Part shown: in pieces, positions 24,500 through 32,000 of the stretch
Position numbering within the stretch: the first letter of the stretch is position 1
How the letters are laid out: each line of letters opens with the position of its first letter
Assembly (NCBI RefSeq): GCF_000023965.1
Contig: NC_013202.1
Coordinates: forward strand, 1,470,001 to 1,502,000
From: Halomicrobium mukohataei DSM 12286
Lineage (GTDB): Archaea; Halobacteriota; Halobacteria; Halobacteriales; Haloarculaceae
Direction of reading: 5' to 3'
DNA: 32,000 nucleotides
Program-made: the position numbers and the translations under genes
Notes under the pieces: model-generated
The model's database searches: none
Told to the model about the DNA's origin: nothing
Seen by the model: the letters and a program-made list of their open reading frames with translations, nothing else

Positions 24500-24775
24500 T
24501 GGCACAAGCGACGGAACGACTACGGCGGTATCTCGACGACGACGGCGATCGGGTTCACCGCCGCCTCGAACAACTTCGAACTGGCGATCGCGGTCGCGGT
24601 CGCGGTGTTCGGCGTCGGCTCCGGCGTCGCGTTCGCGACCGTCGTCGGCCCGCTCATCGAGGTGCCGGTCCTGCTCGCGCTGGTCAACGTCGCGCTGTAC
24701 TTCCAGCGAACGTTCGACTGGGGCGGTGCCACGACCGGACCGCTCGACCGTTCCGGAGCGACGGACGACGATTGA
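24500..24775 (+). pseudogene. 3' remnant of an ACR3-family arsenite efflux carrier gene (last ~85 codons only)
   Basis: The frame-2 translation is not in the ORF track because it has no start. It reads ...[59 protein letters not shown]...[17 protein letters not shown]...GPLIEVPVL is the conserved ACR3 C-terminus. An in-frame TGA at 24497 and AT-rich DNA replace the 5' ~270 codons. Confidence 0.7.
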
Positions 24776-24934
24776 TGCGGACCGTTGGAGATCGTCCCGG
24801 AATCGACCTGACCGGGACGATCCAGCGCGCACACTCTGGCGCTGTCCGCCTCGCGACGGGGAAAGCCGACGCCTCACGTTCTTGATCCGTCCGGCAACCG
24901 AAGCAGCAAAGAGTGCCTGCCGAGAGCCACGGGT

Positions 24935-25546
24935 ATGAGCGACACAGCCGAAGGGAGTAAGGGCGACTCCGCCGATACGCCTGGCATGGACGACGTGGAA
25001 CACGAGAACGCTCTCCAGGACGTGATCACCGTCGACGCGAACGACGAGAAACAGGGGACGGCCAACCGTCTCGACGCCCACACGGGCGACGGCATCCGCC
25101 ACCGCGCGTTCACGGCGCTGTTGTTCGACGAGGAGGGGCGGATACTGCTCGCCCAGCGCGCCCACGACAAGCGTCTGTGGGACACTCACTGGGACGGCAC
25201 CGTTGCGTCCCACCCGGTCGAGGGCCAGAGCCAGGAGGAAGCGACCCGCCAGCGCCTCGAAGAGGAACTCGGGATTACGCCCGACCAGTACGGCGATCTC
25301 CAGAAAACAGACCGCTTCGAGTACAAGCGCTACTACGAGAACGCCGGCGTCGAGTGGGAGGTCTGTACAGTTCTGCAGGCGACGCTGACCGACACCTCGC
25401 TGGACCGAGACCCCGAGGAGGTCGGGGGTCTGCTCTGGGTGTCTTACGAGGACCTACAGGAGAACCCGAAGTTCTACCGACAGCTCCGCCTGTGTCCGTG
25501 GTTCGAAATCGCGATGCGGCGAGATAGCGAGACCGACGGCGAGTAA
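24935..25546 (+). CDS. idi: Isopentenyl-diphosphate delta-isomerase, type 1 (Nudix)
   Basis: HRAFTALLFDEEGRILLAQRA..K..W...W...V.SHP..G.....A..RL.EELGI plus the WE.C motif, typical of IDI-1. Confidence 0.88.
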   Translation: MSDTAEGSKGDSADTPGMDDVEHENALQDVITVDANDEKQGTANRLDAHTGDGIRHRAFTALLFDEEGRILLAQRAHDKRLWDTHWDGTVASHPVEGQSQEEATRQRLEEELGITPDQYGDLQKTDRFEYKRYYENAGVEWEVCTVLQATLTDTSLDRDPEEVGGLLWVSYEDLQENPKFYRQLRLCPWFEIAMRRDSETDGE

Positions 25547-25629
25547 CACGCGGGTCGGACACAGCCACTCGTCGAGTTGCGAGGAGTGGCGAACGCCGCC
25601 TTCTCTCCGAACCAGGGTGAACAGAAATC

Positions 25630-26463
25630 GTGCTCGAACACGTCCTGTGGGAGTTTCTCCTTCCGGTAGGCCTGATCGCCGCTGTCTTCGTCGCCGTCGA
25701 GTATCTGCGCGACTGGCGGATCGCCCGGTACCTGTTCGAAGACCGAGGGCGGGCGGTCGTCTACGGCACAGCCGGGGCGCTCGTCGCCGTCGGCATCGGG
25801 ACGACGTACGTCCTCGGGGACCCGGCGGCGGCCCCGCACTACGTCGGTCTCGACACGTACCACCTCGCCTGGACGGTCTTTCTCGTCGGTGTCGCAGCGA
25901 CTGCGTACGGCGGTCGACACTATCGGCTGGCGACGGCGATCCACGCAGCCGACGCGGTGACGCCCGCCACGGTCCCCGCCAGCGGCCACGTACTCGTCGA
26001 CGGTGTGGCGAAGCCCTGTCGCGACGGACAGGCCGTTTCGGCGTCGGACGGGAGCCCAGCGCTGGTCGTCCAGCGCGGTGAGTGTCCCGGATTCGGGGCT
26101 GTCGAGGACCAGGTGGAGTCGGCTCGGGGACAGGCACTGGTCGCCACAGAGCGGCGTATGGTCCCGTTCGATCTCACCGGACCGGACGGAGCCATCCGAG
26201 TCGACCCGACCGACGCGAGTCCCGGATTCCTCACCGGGCAAGTCGAGGGTGACGAGATAGAGCGCGTGCTCGCACCCGGCGACGCCGTCACCGTGTTCGG
26301 TCGTGCCGCGGAGAGTGACTCTCTGGAGGCCGCCGTCCTCGCCGAACGAGGTCCCGAGGCGCTGGACCAGTTCGCACGGAACAGTCGCCGACTGATACAC
26401 GTCGGACTCCCTCTCGCCGTGGTCGGGTACGTCGGGATGGGACTCGCTGCCGGGATTCCGTAG
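25630..26463 (+). CDS. Hypothetical membrane protein (N-terminal TM helices, central soluble region, C-terminal TM helix)
   Basis: 277-aa ORF with a GTG start, hydrophobic segments at both ends and haloarchaeal codon bias. No motif recognised. Confidence 0.55.
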   Translation: MLEHVLWEFLLPVGLIAAVFVAVEYLRDWRIARYLFEDRGRAVVYGTAGALVAVGIGTTYVLGDPAAAPHYVGLDTYHLAWTVFLVGVAATAYGGRHYRLATAIHAADAVTPATVPASGHVLVDGVAKPCRDGQAVSASDGSPALVVQRGECPGFGAVEDQVESARGQALVATERRMVPFDLTGPDGAIRVDPTDASPGFLTGQVEGDEIERVLAPGDAVTVFGRAAESDSLEAAVLAERGPEALDQFARNSRRLIHVGLPLAVVGYVGMGLAAGIP

Positions 26464-26665
26464 ACTCAGGACACCCCGTAGCTGTGGCCGTCGCTCTGTG
26501 GCGGCGCGCCCATTCCGAGCAGACGACACTCTCCGTCGGCGTCGTCGGCGACGTGTGCGCGATGCGGACTGCCCGGTTCGGCGACGAAGAACTGGCCGGG
26601 ATCGACGACGTGATGTCCCGTGGGTTCTCGACGCAGAGGGTGAACAAAACCCTGCTGACTCGCCG

Positions 26666-28450
26666 TCACTCGGTCACGTGGGGTGTCGCGTCGTCGACGC
26701 TCACCGCCCCGTCGGCCCGCGGCAGTCGGACCGTCACGGTCGTCCCGTCCTCGACGTCGAAGTCGATCGTGCCGCCGTAGCCACGCACGACCCACGTCAC
26801 GAGCCAGAGTCCGACCCCGGAAGCGTGGTGGAGCGCCGTCTCCCCGCCGCTGGTCACCGCAGCGATCTCCGCCTCGTCGATCCCCGGTCCGTCGTCGATC
26901 ACGTCGACACGGGCCTGTCGATCGGCGACGCTCTCGGCGACGCGCACCGTGACGTTCGGTGCGTCGCCACCGTGGCGGAGGGCGTTGTCGACGAGTTCTT
27001 CGAGCGCGGTCCACAGCGACGAGCCGGCCGTGACGGAGATCGGTTCGGGACAGTCGACGGTGACCGTGCCGTCCGGGAACCGCGGTCCCACGTCGCGAAC
27101 CACGGCGTCGAGCTCCGAGCACAGCTCGATCGGCGATCGCTCGTCGCGCTCGACCGCGTCGGCGATCCGACCGATCTTGTCGCTGGTCGCCACGAGGTCG
27201 TCGGTCGTCGACGTGATCTGATCGATCCGGTCGTGCTCCGCGCCCGAGACGGCCGCTTCGAGAAGCTCGGCGTTCCCCCGAACGACGTTCAGGTCGTTCC
27301 GGAGATTGTGCCGCAGGAGCCGATTGAGCACGTCGAGTTGCTGTTCTCGCTGTCGGCGTTCGGTCACGTCGCGGAGGCTGACGACCCGCCCCGAGAGGAC
27401 GCCGTAGGCGCGGGACAGTCCGGCGACGCGCACGTCGTAATACCGGACTTCCCCCTCGCTCTCCAGGGACAGTTCGAGCCGTCTCTCCGTGGATGTGTCG
27501 GGCAGCGCTGTGGCCAGATCGGGGATCACCGCCGCGAGTGTGTCTCCGAGCACGTCGTCGCGCGCCCCCTCGAACAGCGTCTCGGCCGCACGGTTGGCGT
27601 CGACGATCCGGCCCTCGCCGTCGAGGATCAACACCCGATCGTTCATCTCGGCGAGGACGACTTCGCGACCGATCTCTCTGGTCACCGGCCCGATGTCGAA
27701 CAGTTTGCGTTGCAGGATCCCCACCGCGAGGACGATGCCGGCGGCGACGTAGCCCAGGCTCGACGGGTCGAACCCGGACGTGACGACGTCGAGAGCGTCG
27801 AGGACGAACAGTGCGTGGACGATCATCGGGACGGCAATCGCGCCCAGCAGCGCAGTGCTCTGCCAGCGGTGGAGGCGGTTCGACCGAACGAGGAGACGCC
27901 CGAGAAACACGCCGCCGACGACGACCAGCGCCAACGAGTACGCCAGGTGTGCCCAGAAGGCGATTCCGTAGGTCGGCGCAAAGACGCTCGTGTTCCCGAA
28001 GACGGTCGTTCCCGTCGACTGCCAGACCAGCGCGTGGCGACGTGCAGTCACGACGAGAACCGTAACGAGCAGCGGCTCTACCAGCAGCCCTGCCAGCCGA
28101 CGACGGGTGAGCCACTCCGCTCTGCCGGTGTATTCGAGCACGGTCACCAGCCAGGCCAGCGGGATGATCGTCGAGAGGATCACCTCAGTCTGTGCGAGCG
28201 TGCGCATCTCCCCGAACCCGGCGGCCGCGAGCTCAAGTCCCTCGGCCATCGACCACAGGCTGGCCGTGGTGACGAACACGGCCAACGGCGGCGCACCGAG
28301 ACGGTCTCGGTGGAGCCACACCAGGAACGCGACGCCCATCCCGACGACCGCGGCGGCCAACACCAGCAGCAGCGACACCGGCTCGGAGCCGACGAACAGT
28401 CTCGACTGGCCCTCGCCGGTCGACAGCAGTCGCGTCCCGAGCCGGATCAT
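26666..28450 (-). CDS. Sensor histidine kinase (N-terminal 7TM domain, PAS, HisKA, HATPase_c)
   Basis: 594 aa with about 7 N-terminal TM helices and a PAS-like segment (DRVLILDGEGRIVDANRAAETLF). The H-box is VLNRLLRHNLRNDLNV. ATPase N/G boxes are NALRHG and DDGPGI...GVGLWLV. Confidence 0.9.
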   Translation of the reverse strand: MIRLGTRLLSTGEGQSRLFVGSEPVSLLLVLAAAVVGMGVAFLVWLHRDRLGAPPLAVFVTTASLWSMAEGLELAAAGFGEMRTLAQTEVILSTIIPLAWLVTVLEYTGRAEWLTRRRLAGLLVEPLLVTVLVVTARRHALVWQSTGTTVFGNTSVFAPTYGIAFWAHLAYSLALVVVGGVFLGRLLVRSNRLHRWQSTALLGAIAVPMIVHALFVLDALDVVTSGFDPSSLGYVAAGIVLAVGILQRKLFDIGPVTREIGREVVLAEMNDRVLILDGEGRIVDANRAAETLFEGARDDVLGDTLAAVIPDLATALPDTSTERRLELSLESEGEVRYYDVRVAGLSRAYGVLSGRVVSLRDVTERRQREQQLDVLNRLLRHNLRNDLNVVRGNAELLEAAVSGAEHDRIDQITSTTDDLVATSDKIGRIADAVERDERSPIELCSELDAVVRDVGPRFPDGTVTVDCPEPISVTAGSSLWTALEELVDNALRHGGDAPNVTVRVAESVADRQARVDVIDDGPGIDEAEIAAVTSGGETALHHASGVGLWLVTWVVRGYGGTIDFDVEDGTTVTVRLPRADGAVSVDDATPHVTE

Positions 28451-29297
28451 CTGCTCTCGTCTTTGTCAGATCCGTGTATAAGTGTTCGCGTGGACGCTGT
28501 GATCGCCGACGGCTGCTTCACGGTGGAACCGGCGACGCGGCAACTGCTCGTCGTCGAAGATGGCGGCATCGGTAATCATCTCTGGCCGGTGTGACGGCAG
28601 ATGGGGGTGAAAATTCGTGCGGCATTTCCGGGGGAAAGCTACAACACTTAATCTAGTATTCGAAAGTCAGAGAGGTGTCGTTACGTAGATTAATAATGTT
28701 TGAACTTCATCGGTTTAGCACACTCCGAACACCCTCTGATCAAATATGGCCAATGAAAATCCATCAGTTTCTCAGGACTGGATTAAGAGCAAATTACAGA
28801 GGTTGAGAGATTCGTCTATCGATCTTTGGAATGTCGCCCCCGATGTGACAAATGAATTTAGTTCCTGGTCTGCATTGAAACTAATTCTCCTTGCAGCAAC
28901 AGTCGATATGTATACTAATATTATTCCTAAGCACCGTGAACACTTCTACTATATAGATGCATTGGCAGGATCGGGAATTTCAGCATTTCCAGAAGATGAC
29001 GAATACTTTGTTGGAAGTCCAATTATTGCTGCAACAATGGCCCACGATTCATTTGACCGAATGTATTTCATTGAAAAAGATGGTGAGAAGGCAAATGCTC
29101 TCCGAGAGAGGCTAAACCATGTTGAAGATGAACTTTCTAAGGATTTGAACTGTGATGATTATCGGATTTTACAAGAGAATTCTAATGAGGTGATGGGAGA
29201 TATACTAGAAGAAATCCGCAGAGAATCACTGTATCAGGGAGAGAGTGTGAACACCCTCTCATTCATCGACAACCAGGGACTGGATATACATCATTCC

Positions 29298-30231
29298 GGC
29301 CTTGTTTAGACGCGTGATTTCACGGTCATGAGTGGCTGACGCTGAGTTCGATGTTTCTGACAGCACATTTCAGAACGAGTTCGCGGAACTGACCGAACCA
29401 GGTTCGAGCCCGAACGATCTCGCCGTATTTGCGTCGCAGCGCGAAAAACGTGGATTCGGCGTTCGAGCGTTGATGGTAGATCGTATCATCTTGCAAGAAA
29501 TTGTTGGCGATGCCGTGCCAGCCGAATTCGCGGTGCTTGATCACCGGTTTAACGCCTTCTGCACGCAGTCTTTGGCGAAGTAACCACCAGTCGTAGCCTT
29601 TGTCGGCGGTGAGAATATTCAGTTTGTCGAGATTGCGTTTGACCATCTGCCAGCCGATCTTGGAATCGTGCGGTTGTTTCATCGAGCAATGTATATCTAG
29701 GATCGCACCAGTCTTGCAGTCACTCAGAAGGGTCGTTTTCACCGCCTCGAACGTGTAGTTCGTCCGTTTTGCGTAGTGTTGGCTGGCAGCAATCCGATCC
29801 ATGCCGGTTGCGTCAATTGCCTGAACATCACCGAGGTCGTGCAACTCCGCCGACAGCCGCAGCAAGACGCGCCAAATACGCATTTCCAGATCCTGCTTGC
29901 GCGCACACACGGTCGTGAAATCAGGCAGATCAGCCACCGCTAGGTCGAGTTTAGCGACAATTCCATGCATCTCGTGGAGCACGTCCAGCAACCGCCGATA
30001 CGTGTGATCAAGATACTCGCGGAGGCCGTGAATCGCCACGATCACCCAATCTGCGTAGCCGTTTTCTCCTTCTTCGTACGCTGGATCTGGTTCGCCGACG
30101 ACGGCTTTTTGAGCAAGCGAGACAACCCGATCAGTGAAGCGGGCGAGTTTGCTGGACACAAACTCGTCTTCCCGCTTCACTCCCTAGTAAGTTAGACATT
30201 TAGCCGCTCTTACTAGCGTCTAAACACGCCC
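29298..30231 (-). mobile_element. IS element, 934 bp, IS4/IS5-superfamily DDE type, with 16-bp imperfect terminal inverted repeats and a 9-bp target-site duplication
   Basis: IR-L is GGCCTTGTTTAGACGC (29298-29313). IR-R is GCGTCTAAACACGCCC (30216-30231), matching at 14/16 after reverse complement. The direct repeat CATCATTCC is at 29289-29297 and 30232-30240. Confidence 0.88.
29326..30180 (-). CDS. DDE transposase (DDE_Tnp_1, IS4/IS5 superfamily)
   Basis: 284 aa with a GTG start. Candidate catalytic triad contexts are IDATGMD, LTADKGYDWW and HQRSNAESTFFALRRKYG, typical of haloarchaeal IS5-like transposases. Confidence 0.88.
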   Translation of the reverse strand: MKREDEFVSSKLARFTDRVVSLAQKAVVGEPDPAYEEGENGYADWVIVAIHGLREYLDHTYRRLLDVLHEMHGIVAKLDLAVADLPDFTTVCARKQDLEMRIWRVLLRLSAELHDLGDVQAIDATGMDRIAASQHYAKRTNYTFEAVKTTLLSDCKTGAILDIHCSMKQPHDSKIGWQMVKRNLDKLNILTADKGYDWWLLRQRLRAEGVKPVIKHREFGWHGIANNFLQDDTIYHQRSNAESTFFALRRKYGEIVRARTWFGQFRELVLKCAVRNIELSVSHS

Positions 30232-30732
30232 CATCATTCCACAATTCAGGAGCTCACGCAAATACACGGTGATCTTTTAATTAACTTCCCTACAATTGCA
30301 GTTCGTAGGACAGCTGGAGCAGATTATAAAACAAGCATGAATAATTTTTATGGGAATGCCTCATGGGAAGCCGCAAACAGTGATGATGAATTTCGGACAA
30401 TCTATATGTCCCGTCTTGCTGAAACCGGTCGACCGGTTCAAGAATATATACCAGTTCGCAGTGGAGGACAATTCTTCTATGATATGATCTACTGCACAAG
30501 ACAAACCAAAGGCGGGAGTCCCTATATACAGGTCTTAGAAGACATGAAGGAGAAAATCGAACAACTGACCGGTGAAGATGTAGAGCGGATTCTTCGGTTT
30601 ATGCGAGGAGAACAGACTAGTCTGGATCTTTTCGATCAGGGAGACGACCAACAGACTGGTTTAGGAGACTTCATGGATTAGCTAAGTCCATACTCTTACT
30701 AGGCCTCGGAGGATACGGTCAATCAAGTAATC

Positions 30733-32000
30733 ATGAGGCTTCATCACCAAAGGGACCAAACACAGATAGAGATTCTCCATCAAGGAGAGTCTGTAGAAAC
30801 TTTCAATCAAACTCCAAAGCTGGACACTCTGCGTGAGTGTAGCAAAAATGTGGGCAAACCTTTAGAGCGAATTGATTTGTGGGATAGGGGATTATTTTGT
30901 GGTCACTGCGAGGAACCCATTACTGATCGGTTTAGTGCTGATATTAACGGAAATCTACTTTGTTGGGATTGTGCCATGAATATCGACGCTGAAAGCGATC
31001 AGAGAGGAGTTTCACAAACCACTGATCCCACGAAGGCCGTTCTTTCGAACTCCGCGCTTCATCACAAAAATCTCTGTAACTACGTGATCAACGTGGCCAC
31101 TGGATGCACTCACGGATGCAAATTCTGCTACGTTCCTTCAACACCGAATATTAAGACCCGAGGAGATATGCTCAAAGAAAGAGCAGATGTAGAAGATAGT
31201 CAACGGGAATGGGGAAGCTACCTATTATACCGCGACGATCTCCCCGAACGCCTTGCTCGCAAACTAGACCGAAAGCAGAAGTGGGAAAATGAAGACGGTG
31301 GCCGCGGTGTCGTCATGATTTCCAGCGGAACAGACTGCTATCAGGATCGTCGGGCCGCTCAGATCACCCGGGGTTGTGTTATCGAACTCGTCAATCATGG
31401 GCGTCCGGTTCGCATACTCACTCGGAGTCCCGCTGTCGTACGTGACCTAGATGTGTTCAAAGCCGCAGATGGGCTGGTAACTGTCGGATCGTTGATCCCG
31501 TGCCTTGATGACGAACAGGTTCGATCTATCGAACCCGGCGCACCAGCTCCATCCACACGACTCAATGCTCTCGAAGAGATCAGCAATGCTGGTGTCCCAG
31601 TTTACGTTTCGATGTCCCCAACGTATCCGACACAGGACCGCGAAGACCTTCGTGAGCAGCTACGGATATTCAAAGAGCGCCTTGATCCTGATGTCGTATT
31701 CCACGAACCGATCAACCCACGTGGAGGCAACTTCGAGATGACTGTTCAGGCCGCTCGTGACGCAGGACAGGAAGAACTGGCCAATGAACTCGAAAAACTC
31801 CGAGACCGAGACAACTGGATCGAGTACTCGAAGCGTCAACTTACCGCTGTAGAGGAGATCGGCGAAGAACTCGATATTCCGATTCATCTTTGGCCGGATA
31901 AGCAGTTCGTAAAGTACGTGAAAGAGGGTAAAGAGCACTTCAAACGCCAGATCGAAAAGAACGACTCGCCAGAAGATTACCCACTCGGCCCAACCTCTGC
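30733..32000 (+). CDS. Radical SAM protein of the SplB/COG1533 ('DNA repair photolyase'-annotated) type with an N-terminal zinc-ribbon extension; 3' end runs off the window
   Basis: Absent from the ORF track because it has no in-window stop. My translation from the ATG at 30733 is open to 32000 (422 codons). Motifs: C56xxC59-x17-C77xxC80; VINVATGC(125)THGC(129)KFC(132)Y; VMISSGTDCYQ; RILTRSPAVVRDLD; EPGAPAPSTRLNALEE; VYVSMSPTYP. Confidence 0.8.
   Translation, partial: MRLHHQRDQTQIEILHQGESVETFNQTPKLDTLRECSKNVGKPLERIDLWDRGLFCGHCEEPITDRFSADINGNLLCWDCAMNIDAESDQRGVSQTTDPTKAVLSNSALHHKNLCNYVINVATGCTHGCKFCYVPSTPNIKTRGDMLKERADVEDSQREWGSYLLYRDDLPERLARKLDRKQKWENEDGGRGVVMISSGTDCYQDRRAAQITRGCVIELVNHGRPVRILTRSPAVVRDLDVFKAADGLVTVGSLIPCLDDEQVRSIEPGAPAPSTRLNALEEISNAGVPVYVSMSPTYPTQDREDLREQLRIFKERLDPDVVFHEPINPRGGNFEMTVQAARDAGQEELANELEKLRDRDNWIEYSKRQLTAVEEIGEELDIPIHLWPDKQFVKYVKEGKEHFKRQIEKNDSPEDYPLGPTS

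Larger units (their letters stand above)
28746..30681 (+). pseudogene. TcmP-like (three-Cys-motif partner protein family) gene interrupted by an IS; exon-like halves at 28746-29297 and 30241-30681
   Basis: The 5' half (ORF 28746..29309) ends 3 codons into the IS. Removing 29298-30240 (the IS plus one duplication copy) joins ...GLDIHHS to TIQELTQIHGDLLINFPTIAV...MNNFYGNASWEA... in frame, giving 330 aa. YYIDALAGSG resembles the family's D-x-F-A-G-x-G box. Family recognition is from memory. Confidence 0.7.

Noticed and set aside
28466-28594. Short GC-rich frames between the kinase start and the low-GC island: (+) ...VDAVIADGCFTVEPATRQLLVVEDGGIGNHLWPV* and (-) MITDAAIFDDEQLPRRRFHREAAVGDHSVHANTYTRI*.
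   Set aside because: They are 34-37 codons, both strands have similar GC3, and no motif is recognised. This may be a gene remnant marking the island's left border, but it cannot be supported as a feature.
1-32000. tRNA, rRNA or integrase genes that could define island attachment sites.
   Set aside because: By eye I found no T-loop (GGTTCGAATCC-like) or acceptor-stem candidates outside coding regions, no rRNA-like stretches, and no integrase ORF in the window. A tRNAscan or Infernal run should confirm this.

Overview
High-GC (about 65-67% in sampled stretches) archaeal chromosome segment. The strongly acidic proteins, GC3-rich codons, TATA boxes about 30 nt before ATGs and Bat/HTH_10 and Lrp regulators point to Halobacteria. 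No rRNA, tRNA or CRISPR was found.

Gene content in order:
- DUF2892 protein (partial), then a DUF3311 + sodium:solute symporter pair.
- A 375-nt compound palindrome.
- Sugar-phosphate isomerase, DnaG primase and a GNAT.
- A polyprenyl cluster: DUF92/VTE6-like membrane protein, a non-catalytic UppS paralog and catalytic UppS.
- Two tandem cold-shock genes, an acidic hypothetical and a GT-C membrane glycosyltransferase.
- carA divergent from an Lrp/AsnC regulator, then a 71-bp tandem repeat and moaA.
- A molybdoenzyme locus: a Cys-rich HTH_10 regulator coupled to a CDGSH protein, a CMD/AhpD protein, then a 7-gene operon (small acidic ORF, Tat molybdopterin subunit, 4x[4Fe-4S] subunit, NrfD anchor, TorD chaperone, unknown 132-aa protein, Mrp/ApbC). 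Five of its junctions are ATGA overlaps.
- An AT-rich patch with an ACR3 arsenite-carrier remnant, idi, a membrane hypothetical and a 7TM-PAS histidine kinase.
- From about 28.6 kb to the window end, a low-GC island.

The most interesting signal is that island. It carries an uncharacterised two-gene module: a TcmP-like (three-Cys-motif partner, MTase-like motif I) gene followed by a zinc-ribbon-fused SplB/COG1533-type radical SAM gene. The TcmP-like gene is cleanly split by a 934-bp IS with a 9-bp target duplication.

Second-tier signals:
- A family of about 81-nt nested palindromic elements at five gene 3' ends.
- The 375-nt compound palindrome.
- A probable heteromeric cis-prenyltransferase.
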